This document shows, piece by piece, positions 22,377 to 32,492 of a stretch of DNA of 64,000 nucleotides. Within the stretch, counting starts at the first letter, position 1. Each line of letters opens with the position of its first letter. The stretch spans positions 124,001-188,000 of IMG/VR virus record IMGVR_UViG_3300049043_000112; one strand, 5' to 3'. The position numbers and the translations under genes were made by a program. The notes beneath the pieces are model-generated. The model saw only the letters and a list, made by a program, of their open reading frames with translations. It was not told the origin of the DNA and ran no database searches.

Positions 22377-24344
22377 TATACGTAGCTTAAGTCTAAGAGG
22401 AATCTATTCTTGATAAGACTATTTAATATAGAAGATTCATCTACTGATATATCACTAATTATACTATTATCACTGGAAGGAATCATCATTGTACTAGAAG
22501 GTTGTCTATCATCAACAACAACTACTTTTCTACCTTCTCTTTCTTAAGATAACCCTCCAAGTAAAACTTGCAGTGCAATAGTAGATTCCATATTAACTTC
22601 GGGTGCTTGTTGAGTAGAAATTGATGGTGCTCCAGGAACTAATGGTGTTGTTCCAGAGAATGCTTTACCAACTGCAGTGCTTGTAAGATATAATAGTCTT
22701 ACATATGCCTCTGGATTTCCAGCACCACCTCCAGTCATTCTTCCTTTTTTGTATCATATTCAAAGTGAATATGTGGACCAGTTGCATTTCCTGTTGCACC
22801 AACTCTAGCAAAAGAAGTTCCTGCTGGTATTTTTCCAGTTTTAATTAGAACAGCACTTAGGTGTGCCATTCTTAACTGAACTCCATATGCAGGAACCCAA
22901 ACATCCATTACCAATCCATAATCTCCATAAGTTCCTTGTCCTACAACTTCACAGTCTGCTCTTAAGGAAATATAAGTTCCACTTGGTATTAGAATATCAA
23001 TTCCACCGTGCTTTCCACCTCTAGAACCATATAAATCACCAATTTGAATATAATCAACATTTTTTCCTAAAGATTTTGTAAAAATATCACCTTTTTGAAG
23101 GCGTCTTTGTCCTGTTGGAGTTACTGATGGAGTTTGTCCTGTGGGTGATGGTGTTACTTTTGCTGTTGATGGCGTTGATTTTACTTTTTTAAAATTGGTT
23201 TTAATTTATCGAATCCAATACTTCCTGTATTTCCAGGTAAAACATATCCACTGGCACTCCTAAAAGCTCCCCATTTTCCGGCAAGATACTCACTAAATTC
23301 CTCATCCGTAATTTTTCCACTCAACCAATATTTACCTTTCCTTTTACCTTCAATAATATTAATTGCCATTCTATCTTGATTTTCTGGACTAAATGTGTCT
23401 TTATCTGGATTTAATCCAGCAGCCTTTGCCTGTGCTTTAACTGTTGTAAATTGATATCTACCAACAGCATAATTTCTACCATCTCCAGGATCTCCAGCAT
23501 ATCTACTTGCCTGACTGATTGTCATTTTGGAGACTGGTTTACCTTCCTTTTTAGTGTTTCTGCCAGGATACATTGCATCATAACCACCAGAGGAACTAGA
23601 CTCTCCACTAGCAATCAAATCTAATAATGGTTTCCATTTTCCACCACTACCTCCACTAGGAGGTGGTTCTGGTCCATCAAATCCTGGTAAAATTGAAGGT
23701 AATTTATCATAAGCGTCAGGAATTTTTTCAATTGCACTAAAAGGTTGAATTAAAACCTGAAATGCTTGACTAATACCATCACCTAAACTATCAATTGAAA
23801 GTTTTAATTCATTCAATGAACTTCTAACAAGATATGAACTATCAGAAAAATCAAATCTAGATAAGTTTTGTACAACGGATGAAAAAACATCACCAACGTC
23901 AGTAATTACTTTTAACAATTCATCACCATAATTACCTAAAATAGATGTTGCAATTGTAATTCTAGTTACAAATTGTTCGCCTAATCCAATCCAAGTAGGT
24001 AAATTTGATAACGCCCATCCAGCAGTTAAATATCCAACAAATCCAAGAAGACGATTTACAACACTTGTACCAGAATCAGAAGCAGATAATATTCTTGGAC
24101 CCGTTGGTTTAATTGCAATCAAAGGTGCAGACATTCTATCAATTAAAATATTTCTTTTTTCTCTTTGAATTCTTCTGCTTTTTAAAGACTTAATATCAGA
24201 AGATATATTTCTTTTATCACTTATATTTTTATTTAAAAGTTTAGAAATTCTAATTGTTGTTTTACCAGTCTCTGCTGCCACAGATTTTGTCTTTGAAACT
24301 GAATCTGATATTCTTTTAAATGAAATTCCAGATGATATTGCCAT
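22376..24344 (-). CDS. Tail-associated peptidoglycan hydrolase with lysozyme-like and peptidase M23 domains (several indels)
   Basis: LLDLIASGES...YDAM...AVGRYQF lysozyme-like domain. In the shifted frame (about 22750-23045): KHGGIDI...YG...RMAHLS...VGATGNATGPHIHFEY, the M23 HxxxD/HxH motifs. Ends LLDLSYV* overlapping the next ATG. Confidence 0.75.
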
Positions 24345-24345
24345 A

Positions 24346-25593
24346 CTATGTCACCACACTATAACTGACCTGAGCATATAATGCATAGAAATTATCAGGA
24401 TTTGATGATGGAATTAAAGGAACGTCCGTAAGAGTTTCTACTCCACCAGACACAACTGCATTATTATTTTGTTGACTATTTTGTAAATAAACAACATCAG
24501 GTGATGGTTCTGGAAGTGCTCCAATTTTTGGTGGTTGTTTAACTGGTTGATATGGAACTGTATCTAATTTAATTGGTGTCGGAGTTGTTTTTGGAGTTTC
24601 TACTTTACCTTGAACTTCTTTTGCAGGTGCGTCAAGATTTGTTTCTCCAGACCCAAAAAGATTTTTTCCCAGTTCGGAAAAATTAATATTCATTGGGTTT
24701 AATTGATTAATATTAAAATTATATTTTTGCATTGCACCTTTACCCTGAGATAACATTTTTCCAATATCAACTCCACCACCAGTAAAAGTTTCATATGCAA
24801 GACTTCCCAATGCTGCTGGAAATTGTACAGGTGATGGAATTGTTGCTACACCACTTAAAGCAGCTCCAGCAATATCACCTTCTTTGATATTCTGTGCTGT
24901 TGCAACTGCACCTACAACACTTGTGCCTGCTTTGCCAATAGTTTGAAGAATTTTTAATAGACCAGATTCTGATGCAGTTGCAGCAGCTCCAGCCGCTGCG
25001 GCGCCAGACTTTCCACCCAAGTTAAATAAGTTCTTAAAAATGTCAGAAATTGCTTTAAATGGAGACGATGCTAATTTAATTGCACTTTTTGCAATTTTTG
25101 ATGTAATTGACTGAACTCCACTAATCAGTGAAGAAAAACCATTTTTCAACAAAGAAAATCCTGATCCAATAAATCCAAAAGCATTTCTAACAATGCTTCC
25201 GATTGAACTTATTGCTTGAACACTTTTGGTGGTACCTGCTTTTAAAATACCTAATATATTCTTTCCTAAAAATCCAACAAATAAGAATTTTAGAGCATTT
25301 GTAATTCTTTCAAATAATGGAGTAATCTTATTTTCAAGTTTAACTACAGGTTGAACTAGAGATGCAGAAACTCTTTGTTGTAACTGTTCTTCCTGTCCAA
25401 GTCTTATTTCTCTTTCGTTTAATATTCTTTGCTGCTCTCTCTCATCACGAAGTTTCTGTTGATCAAGAAAACTATCAGTCTGAATTAACCCCGCTATGTT
25501 CTGAAGTCCAGAATTAATCGTAAAGACTTCCGAACGTACAGTATTTAATTGATCTTGGAGACCTACAAGTGCTGCGGTGTTTCCGTTAGCCAT
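24346..25593 (-). CDS. Tail/baseplate hub protein, tape-measure-like (gp29 position)
   Basis: N-terminal coiled coil, Ala/Gly-rich amphipathic middle, position downstream of gp26/gp51-like genes. Confidence 0.55.
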   Translation of the reverse strand: MANGNTAALVGLQDQLNTVRSEVFTINSGLQNIAGLIQTDSFLDQQKLRDEREQQRILNEREIRLGQEEQLQQRVSASLVQPVVKLENKITPLFERITNALKFLFVGFLGKNILGILKAGTTKSVQAISSIGSIVRNAFGFIGSGFSLLKNGFSSLISGVQSITSKIAKSAIKLASSPFKAISDIFKNLFNLGGKSGAAAAGAAATASESGLLKILQTIGKAGTSVVGAVATAQNIKEGDIAGAALSGVATIPSPVQFPAALGSLAYETFTGGGVDIGKMLSQGKGAMQKYNFNINQLNPMNINFSELGKNLFGSGETNLDAPAKEVQGKVETPKTTPTPIKLDTVPYQPVKQPPKIGALPEPSPDVVYLQNSQQNNNAVVSGGVETLTDVPLIPSSNPDNFYALYAQVSYSVVT

Positions 25594-26479
25594 TAGATGA
25601 ATTCTTTAAGTTTTCTTCTTCAATATATTGATGAAGTAATCCAATATAAATTTCCCTTTCCCAAGGGATCATATTTTCCAGTTCATTCAAAGAATATTTA
25701 TGGTGCTGAATCAACGCAAAATTAGTTTTATAGTATGACGCAAGATCAACGTGCGCCATTCCTAACCAAAAAGATGTTAGTCCCTCCAAGAGAATTTCAT
25801 TTTCAACACCAGTATTTGGATTTGTTACAGTCACAGTGTGTGAAAGTTTAGGCATTGTTTCAAAGAATTTTTCAATCTGCTTAAACTGTTTTGAACTAAG
25901 TTGTTCTAAAAATTCATTCAGTTCTTTTTTAGTTACATCAGAAGATGTCCAAGACTCTTCTTCGCTGTAAATTTGCTCAACGCAAGAAGAAATCATACTA
26001 AAAGTATCATCAACAGTCATATCACCTTCATTTGAAAAATTACTCTTAACAAATTCTTGCATTGAAGGATATTTCATTCTTAATGTAAGTTCATCATCAA
26101 GTTTAATATCTCTCTTATGTTCTGGTTTTACTTGAACTGTAATTTCATCTAAATTGATTGCTATTGGAACCTGTGTTACTCCATCATCGGGGCAGGTGAT
26201 AATTACTTCTACTTCTTCTCCTACAGACTTTCCACGAATGTTTAGGAAAAGATATTCGATATCAAATGTAGATAATTGTTCAATCTTAATTCCCCTAGTT
26301 AAAATACAGTTTCCAATTACTGTTTTAACTGCTTCTGCAATTTGCTTTGGATCCTCACTCTCCATTGCAATAATCAGAATTTTTTCTTCTTTAACTAGAA
26401 AGGGGCGATATTTGATTACTTTTTTTAATGAAGGAATTTCCAACTCATAAGTTGGTGTAACGATTTTTGGTAAAGGCAT
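25586..26479 (-). CDS. gp26: Baseplate hub assembly protein gp26, read in frame with the downstream gp51-like ORF (MAHVDL..., ATG at 25759)
   Basis: MPLPKIVTPTYELEIPS...KYRPFLVKEEKIL...FDIEYLFLNIRGKSVGE; the C-terminal 57 aa (NFALIQHHKYSLNELENMIPWEREIY) is usually a separate gene. Confidence 0.85.
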   Translation of the reverse strand: MPLPKIVTPTYELEIPSLKKVIKYRPFLVKEEKILIIAMESEDPKQIAEAVKTVIGNCILTRGIKIEQLSTFDIEYLFLNIRGKSVGEEVEVIITCPDDGVTQVPIAINLDEITVQVKPEHKRDIKLDDELTLRMKYPSMQEFVKSNFSNEGDMTVDDTFSMISSCVEQIYSEEESWTSSDVTKKELNEFLEQLSSKQFKQIEKFFETMPKLSHTVTVTNPNTGVENEILLEGLTSFWLGMAHVDLASYYKTNFALIQHHKYSLNELENMIPWEREIYIGLLHQYIEEENLKNSSNG

Positions 26480-26507
26480 AATAACTTATTCAGATAAAAA
26501 TATTTAT

Positions 26508-27338
26508 CTAGTATCCGTTAATGATTGTACGTCCTTGTGAGTCAGTAAAACTATTTGAAACTGTTGCTTCAGCCTGTGTTTGAGTGCTGGATCTAAAAAC
26601 AACTCCACTATTTCCGCGAACAGGAGTTAATGATTGCTGTTCAACATTTGCAGGTTGTGTTGGTGGTGCAGATGGATCAATATTATTAAAATCACCATTA
26701 AGTGTATTAACACTTAAAGCACGTCCAGCAATATAACGATCATACTGAAATGATGCTGACACTTTTAATACATCAGATTGAACATATGAAACTGTTGGAG
26801 CACTCATAGATACTGGCCATAATCCAATAAAAGTATATTCAATCTCTGCCTGATAATTTCGGTCAAATTTAATAATCTTAGTAGAATTACACTTATAATT
26901 TTCAGGATATTGCATTCTCATAAAATAATTTGCGTTTCCCTGACTTACAAATCCAGCAGAGGGATTATCAATTGGATTATGAGATCCACTTGCAATAAAC
27001 TCCATCCAGTGCTCTAAGAATTTTAAATTATAATAGTTATTATCAACATAAAAATCTAAACCAATTTCACTGTATAATCTTGCAACCGCAAACTTCTCCT
27101 GAATTCCTGTAAAGTTGCCATCAACAGTTTTAGTGTTATAAGATGTTGTAGGTAAAGACGCAGAGTAGCAAAGAAGTCCTGCATTTTCAGCAATAAAAAA
27201 CGAATTAACCCCTCTACGACTTAAATAAGATATTAAAGCCGTAGGTAACCCACCAAATATTACTTGGTAATGAGAGGTCTGAGCAAGATTTGTAAATAGT
27301 GGCTTGATATCAGATATTCTACGTGGTGTAGCGGTCAC
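26508..27338 (-). CDS. Tail tube / baseplate-tube initiator (gp54/gp19-like)
   Basis: LAQTSHYQV, LLCYSASLP, LDFYVD...FLEHWMEFI, YTFIGLWP, LKVSASFQYDRY. Confidence 0.75.
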   Translation of the reverse strand: MTATPRRISDIKPLFTNLAQTSHYQVIFGGLPTALISYLSRRGVNSFFIAENAGLLCYSASLPTTSYNTKTVDGNFTGIQEKFAVARLYSEIGLDFYVDNNYYNLKFLEHWMEFIASGSHNPIDNPSAGFVSQGNANYFMRMQYPENYKCNSTKIIKFDRNYQAEIEYTFIGLWPVSMSAPTVSYVQSDVLKVSASFQYDRYIAGRALSVNTLNGDFNNIDPSAPPTQPANVEQQSLTPVRGNSGVVFRSSTQTQAEATVSNSFTDSQGRTIINGY

Positions 27339-27339
27339 T

Positions 27340-27378
27340 CTAAATACCTTATATGATTTGAATAGTATAAGTATTTAG
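27340..27378. promoter_or_regulatory. Pair of oppositely oriented late promoters in the divergent intergenic gap
   Basis: CTAAATA at 27340-27346 (+, towards gp4) and CTAAATA at 27378-27372 (-, towards the tube gene). Confidence 0.65.
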
Positions 27379-27810
27379 ATGTCGTATAAGGGAAAATACA
27401 AACCATCGTTTCCAGAAAAATACTCTGGAGACCCAACCAATATCATTTATCGTTCTTTATGGGAACGTAAGTTCTGTGTTTATTGCGATTTAAACGAAAA
27501 CATTTTATCTTGGTCCTCAGAAGAAAAAGCAATCGCGTATCGTTCACCAATAGATGGTAAAGTACATCGGTATTTTCCAGACTTTCTTATTAAAGTAAAA
27601 GAATCTAACGGGTCTATTAAGAAGTATGTGATTGAAATAAAACCAAAAAAACAAACGGTTCCTCCAACAAAACCCCAAAGGCAAACTAAAAAATATATTA
27701 GTGAGGTTTATGAATACGCTAAAAATCAAGCAAAATGGGAAGCAGCAAAAGAGTGGTGTGCAGACCGTGGTTATGAGTTTAAAGTTATTACAGAAAAAGA
27801 ACTTTTTTAA
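27379..27810 (+). CDS. gp4: Head completion nuclease gp4 (TnsA-like PD-(D/E)XK)
   Basis: YKGKYKP..PEKY.GDPTNIIYRSLWE, HRYFPDF, IEIKP, NQAKWEAA. Confidence 0.93.
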   Translation: MSYKGKYKPSFPEKYSGDPTNIIYRSLWERKFCVYCDLNENILSWSSEEKAIAYRSPIDGKVHRYFPDFLIKVKESNGSIKKYVIEIKPKKQTVPPTKPQRQTKKYISEVYEYAKNQAKWEAAKEWCADRGYEFKVITEKELF

Positions 27811-27813
27811 ATA

Positions 27814-28191
27814 ATGCCTAGAAAAACAATTCAACAGAGAGGAAAAATAAATCGTATTGCTCCATTAGTTAAGAGACTAATTGGAACAGAAAGTTCTGAT
27901 GATTTAATGATTGAACTAATGAATATTTTACCAGAAACTAGAACTCGTCCTGTTGCTGGTAAGTTTTATATCTTTGTTTACAATGCTAAAACAGCAGGAA
28001 TTCAATACGATCAAAATCCATTAGTTGCTGTGACTGATGTTTATACCTGGGGATTTAAAGGTGTTAATTTCCACTGGGGAGAAACTAGACAGTATACTTG
28101 GGATGAAGTTGCAGGAGGACTGTATGAAGTTTATCAACAAGAACTTCAAGACTTAAGAAGACTGCCTTTTAGCAATATTCGTTCTAAATAA
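27814..28191 (+). CDS. gp2: DNA end protector gp2-like (short cyanophage form)
   Basis: GKFYIFVYNAKT...YDQNPLV...GFKGVNFHW; position after gp4. Confidence 0.75.
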   Translation: MPRKTIQQRGKINRIAPLVKRLIGTESSDDLMIELMNILPETRTRPVAGKFYIFVYNAKTAGIQYDQNPLVAVTDVYTWGFKGVNFHWGETRQYTWDEVAGGLYEVYQQELQDLRRLPFSNIRSK

Positions 28192-28205
28192 TTAGAAAAG
28201 GATAA

Positions 28206-29117
28206 ATGGCAGAGTTTAACTACAGATATCCATTAACAAAACTTACATCATCTGACGATTATTTGAAAATTGATATTGTTGAATATATTCCTCCAGGATT
28301 TATTCCCGAAGAAGGGACTTTTGCACTTCCTTCTTCAGATGATGTTGGTTATATTGATAAACTCAGTGGAGACACTGCTAATATAGTAGGAACAATTATT
28401 CTTCCAATACCTGACGACGTAAAAGATAATAATAATGTTCAATGGGGCACTAGTTCTCTTAATCCACTACAAGCAGGAGTAGCATCTGCCATTGAGGGTT
28501 TGTACAAAACTAAATCGGGAGACGATTTTAAAAATAAAATTAGCACTACTTTGCAAAAATTTTCAGGAACTGCAAAATCCGGAACAACACAAAAAGCAAT
28601 TCAAGCAATATCAATTGAACTTGCACAAAACTTAATTCTTGGAAAAAGTGATTCCAACAATATTCTTCCAAGATTTGCAGGTGTTGTAGCAAACTCTAAT
28701 ATAGAACTAGTTTTTACTGGTGTTAATCTTAGAGATGGATTTTCTTTTGGATTTGATATGACTCCTCGTTCACAGAAAGAAGCAGAAGTCATCAAACAAA
28801 TTATTAGAAAATTTAAAATTCATAGTGCTGGTAAAAAAGGAAAAACAGGTAAAGGGTCTGCAGGGTTGTTTCTACAAGCGCCCGAAGTTTTTAGAATTCA
28901 ATATATGAGTGGGTCTAAACCACATCCATATCTGAATAAATTTAAAATTTGTGCTCTTAAGGGAATGTCAGTTAGTTACACTCCTGGTGGAACTTATGCA
29001 ACATATACCGATGGAGCACCAGTTAATATTCAATTAGCATTAGGATTTCAAGAACTCACACCAATTTACGCTGAAGATTATAATACTACAGTTGGTTCAG
29101 AAGGAGTTGGATACTAA
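28206..29117 (+). CDS. gp48: Baseplate tail-tube cap gp48
   Basis: IILPIP..VKDNN.V.W, N.ELVFTGV.LR.FSF.F.MTPRS..EA..IKQIIR.FK, APEVF.I.Y, L.FQELTPI. Confidence 0.9.
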   Translation: MAEFNYRYPLTKLTSSDDYLKIDIVEYIPPGFIPEEGTFALPSSDDVGYIDKLSGDTANIVGTIILPIPDDVKDNNNVQWGTSSLNPLQAGVASAIEGLYKTKSGDDFKNKISTTLQKFSGTAKSGTTQKAIQAISIELAQNLILGKSDSNNILPRFAGVVANSNIELVFTGVNLRDGFSFGFDMTPRSQKEAEVIKQIIRKFKIHSAGKKGKTGKGSAGLFLQAPEVFRIQYMSGSKPHPYLNKFKICALKGMSVSYTPGGTYATYTDGAPVNIQLALGFQELTPIYAEDYNTTVGSEGVGY

Positions 29118-29763
29118 TGTCTTACTTTAGAGAATTACCAAATCTAGAATACCAATCATTTTTATCAGACAGTAGATCATCTGATGATTACTTGTTGGTA
29201 AAAAACGTATTTCGTCGCGTTAAACTTCGTGATGATTTACAAAATGTCTTCACTATTTTTGATAAGTATCAGATTGTTGATGGTGCGCGTCCAGAAACAG
29301 TTGCACAAGAACTTTATGGAAGTGTTCAGTATGATTGGATTGTTTTAGTCTGTGCTGGAATTACAAGAGTTAGAGATCAATGGCCCCTTTCAGATAAGCA
29401 AATTTATGATTATGCCTATGAAATTTATGGAAACGATTTAAACTCTGTACATCATTATGAAACAACAGAAGTTAAAGATTCTCAGGACCGTTTAATTCTT
29501 CCTGCTGGGAAAATTGTTGATTCTAATTTTACAATTCCAAATCCAAGTTCTCCAACTGCAACATTAAATCCTGTAGTTGGTATTAGCAATTATGAATACG
29601 AAATTAGAAAAAATAATGATAAAAGGGGAATTTACGTTCTTAAACCAAGGTATCTTCAACAAGTACTTTTAGACACAAGAAAGAGATGAATTATGATAAG
29701 TCATCTCAGTATGTTAATGAAAGATTAATTAAAACTGAAAATACTAAAGCATCAAACCCATAA
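29117..29763 (+). CDS. gp53: Baseplate wedge subunit gp53 (indel near 29680; true stop probably 29761-29763)
   Basis: MSYFRELPNLEY, RPETVA.ELYG...YDWIVL, QWPLS, VHHYET, SNYEYE..ND.KR.I.VLKP.Y. Confidence 0.9.
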
Positions 29764-30342
29764 GAGTTCTAGACTCTTATCAAACATCATTACATATCGG
29801 TGTTTGCGGGAGCGGTCTTTCCATTCTCCTTCAGCACCTTTAATTTTGCCTCTAGAGTGCTTAGTTCCGTCTGCATAGTAGAAATCTTTCTTTGGGTCTG
29901 TGAGTCCGCAATATTTAAAATTACAAGCGCGATAGATTGTGCCAGTATGAAAATCGTTATCAGCGTAAGAGATGATTGCTTTGACTTCAGTATCCTTTCG
30001 TAACTGTTTAATCGCTCTTGAAACGAACCAAGAAGTGATATTATATTCTCGTTGTTGGGTTTCAGGGTGTATGCAAAGTCGTGAAAGTTCAAATAATCCT
30101 TCTTGTTCATTCCTCTCTAAACCAAATGCTCCTTGTGCGACTTCAGGAACAGGGAGTCCAGTGAAAACACAGACTCCCTGAATACCTCCAATATTCAATG
30201 GGCAAAAGTCATTATTCTTATAAAGACCATAATTATACCCAGATTTAAAACTTTTAGAAAAGTCCTTAAGATAATGAAACCGCAGAAGTAACTCTGCGGC
30301 TTCGGACTTGCTTACACGATCAATGGTGTAATCAGACTTCAC
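29752..30342 (-). CDS. Mom-like (GNAT-fold) DNA modification protein
   Basis: HYL, GVCVF, FELSRLC, SWFVSRAIKQLRK, IISYAD..HTGTIYRACNF.YCG, KHRYV: the motif order of the Mu Mom family. Confidence 0.75.
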   Translation of the reverse strand: MKSDYTIDRVSKSEAAELLLRFHYLKDFSKSFKSGYNYGLYKNNDFCPLNIGGIQGVCVFTGLPVPEVAQGAFGLERNEQEGLFELSRLCIHPETQQREYNITSWFVSRAIKQLRKDTEVKAIISYADNDFHTGTIYRACNFKYCGLTDPKKDFYYADGTKHSRGKIKGAEGEWKDRSRKHRYVMMFDKSLELLWV

Positions 30343-31259
30343 TCTTCGGCAAGACGGGCAAAGTAGGACAGGGCATCATCATCCTCATCTTCTACAGGTG
30401 CGGCAGCACGACGAGTAGGTTGAAGGTTGCTGAGTTCAGAACGAAGGTCTTCAGTCAGTTCACGAGTAGAACCACGGGTATCATCTTCATCCTCAACTTC
30501 AGGGTCAACACGACGGGAACCTTTAGAACCAAGCACATAGTCAAGACGCTTCTTCAGTTCATCATAAGATTTAAACTGGTCAGCAGCGGTAAGTTCGGCA
30601 AGCGAATACTGCTTCTTCCAGATTGCTTCCATCGCATCATCATCGTCCAGAAGTGCCTCAGAACGGGCAAACTCACTAGAGTCATAGTTACGATAACCAG
30701 CAACATTCTTTGCCTTCAGTTTGAAGTTGGCACCTTGCCAGAAGTCAAACGGATCGATTGCTTCCTCATCTTCAAACTCAGGTTGCATCGCAGCAGTCAG
30801 TTTGTCAAAGATCTTCTTACCATACTTGAACAGGAAGACTTTGCCTTCGTTGGCGGGGTTGGCAGGATCCTTCACCACGTAGATATTAGACACATAAGTC
30901 AGTTTGCGCTTCTGCTTACGTGCCACTTCTTTGCCAGCATCAGTACCGTTATTCCACAGTTCGGAATTCAGTTCGGACACAGGATCCTTCTGACCCAGAG
31001 TGGTAAGCGAATTTTCGATGAACCAACCACCAGGACCTTGGAATGCGTGACTGTAGAGTTTCACGAACGGCAGGTCTTCACCGTTGGGAGCAGGAAGGAA
31101 ACGGATAACGGCATAACCATTGCCGCTCTTATCTACATCCAGTTTCCATACGCGGTCATCACTAGAACCGCTACTCGTATTCATTTTTTCAACTTCTTTG
31201 ACCAGTTTAGCGGTCAGATTACCAAGTTTAGATTGTTTTTTAAGGTCGGAAAACGACAT
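30339..31259 (-). CDS. gp32: Single-stranded DNA-binding protein gp32
   Basis: DKSGNGYAVIRFLP, HAFQGPGGWFIENSLTT, RKQKRKL, FKYGKKIFDK, YRNYDSSEF, acidic C-terminal tail. Confidence 0.97.
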   Translation of the reverse strand: MSFSDLKKQSKLGNLTAKLVKEVEKMNTSSGSSDDRVWKLDVDKSGNGYAVIRFLPAPNGEDLPFVKLYSHAFQGPGGWFIENSLTTLGQKDPVSELNSELWNNGTDAGKEVARKQKRKLTYVSNIYVVKDPANPANEGKVFLFKYGKKIFDKLTAAMQPEFEDEEAIDPFDFWQGANFKLKAKNVAGYRNYDSSEFARSEALLDDDDAMEAIWKKQYSLAELTAADQFKSYDELKKRLDYVLGSKGSRRVDPEVEDEDDTRGSTRELTEDLRSELSNLQPTRRAAAPVEDEDDDALSYFARLAEE

Positions 31260-31301
31260 TAGATTACCTCGGATTAATTGGATTCGGGGGATTACTCGGA
31301 T

Positions 31302-31330
31302 ATTATAGCAGGGATAACCTTAACGGTCAA
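31302..31330 (-). promoter_or_regulatory. Sigma70-type promoter for gp32
   Basis: TTGACC-N17-TATAAT with extended -10 TG. Confidence 0.85.
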
Positions 31331-31652
31331 CGTACTGCTTTAAAGATTCGATTGTTTTGTCCATACTGCTGAACAGAATGCTCATATCAGTCTCTGGTGG
31401 GAAACCCATCAGAGCAACTGACTTACGAAGATTCTCTTTCATCTCAACCGCTTCAGGGTCATCAGAAAGAGACAGACGTGTGTACATTACACGCTGCTTT
31501 TCAAGGAGCACTTGTAGTTTTTCAATGTGTTTCAGTTTTGTTTCACGGTCCATTGCACCAAAAGTAAGAATACTTCCGTAAATCTCCTCTTGCAACTTAT
31601 TGATTTCTTTCAGTTCTTCTTGAATAATATCGGAGTCAAAAAAGCTACTCAT
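31320..31652 (-). CDS. DUF1825-like cyanobacterial/cyanophage protein
   Basis: FFDSDIIQEE...LLEKQRVMYTRLSLSDDPEA. Confidence 0.8.
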   Translation of the reverse strand: MSSFFDSDIIQEELKEINKLQEEIYGSILTFGAMDRETKLKHIEKLQVLLEKQRVMYTRLSLSDDPEAVEMKENLRKSVALMGFPPETDMSILFSSMDKTIESLKQYVDR

Positions 31653-32235
31653 TTACAATTTCCCGTAAAATTTTCTTGTAAGAAAACACATCAATATTTA
31701 GAAACGGATTATACTTCTTAATTTTCAAACTGACGGTTTCCCACACTGGGTCCAAAAGTTTCTTATCAAAATCCTTTGAAAAAGAAAAGATTTTGTCGTA
31801 GATTACGAATGTTTCTGGAGATAATCTCCCGCTTAGAAACCTTTTTAGGACTGGTGGATGACCTCTGGAACAACTCAGCGCATCCTCTAATTTTGTCTCC
31901 GAGAACAATTCGTTGCTTTGCTCCTTGAACAAGTAAGTCAAACTCTGTTGTCTCCGCATCCAATCTGCGTATGTTCTTTCTCCAGAATTGATAATTTCTC
32001 CAATCCATAAGTTACTCGGTGAATCTACTGCTACAAAATTTGCTAATAGAAAATCTACTACTTCTTTATCTGAATATTTGCGACTGGTTTTCTCGAACCA
32101 GTATTTGTCCTTGCGTTTATTAAACGAAGTGACTGTTGCTCTAGACTTACCTCCATACTTAAAAAAGTCATATTTACTATTCGTAAAATGACTTTTCATC
32201 GAAAGATAAGTTTGATATGTCTCAAATGGACTCAT
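31645..32235 (-). CDS. gp59: Helicase loader gp59
   Basis: YLSMKSHFT..KYDFFKYGGK...FNKRKDKYWFEK...ANF. Confidence 0.92.
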   Translation of the reverse strand: MSPFETYQTYLSMKSHFTNSKYDFFKYGGKSRATVTSFNKRKDKYWFEKTSRKYSDKEVVDFLLANFVAVDSPSNLWIGEIINSGERTYADWMRRQQSLTYLFKEQSNELFSETKLEDALSCSRGHPPVLKRFLSGRLSPETFVIYDKIFSFSKDFDKKLLDPVWETVSLKIKKYNPFLNIDVFSYKKILREIVNE

Positions 32236-32492
32236 AACGGAAGTTTTGCTTTCGAAGTTCGTTTCATAAAGTTAAGACGGGTTGCGTCCCACTTTAATCG
32301 CTCTTTTAAAGGTTTTGAAATTAACTTTGTTACTGATTCTACTTCAAGACTATTAATTTCGCAATAGTGGACAATTGCGTCGATATAGTTGAAGTTTTCT
32401 TCTGCAACAATCTTTTCGATTTCCAGAGCAAACTTGGAAGGCGTTAGAAACTTATTCTCAATGACTTGTTCTAGTTCTTTATTTGGTTCCAT
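32232..32492 (-). CDS. gp33: Late transcription co-activator gp33
   Basis: KFALEIEKIV...NYIDAIVHYCE...KLISKPLKERL..DA..LNF; ATG at 32492. Confidence 0.92.
   Translation of the reverse strand: MEPNKELEQVIENKFLTPSKFALEIEKIVAEENFNYIDAIVHYCEINSLEVESVTKLISKPLKERLKWDATRLNFMKRTSKAKLPL

Noticed and set aside
27379-27810. TnsA transposase or homing endonuclease
   Set aside because: Sequence and synteny match core head-completion gp4; no transposon ends
30420-31262. 280-aa plus-strand ORF antisense to gp32
   Set aside because: Shadow frame produced by the biased codon usage of a highly expressed gene; no motif, RBS or promoter
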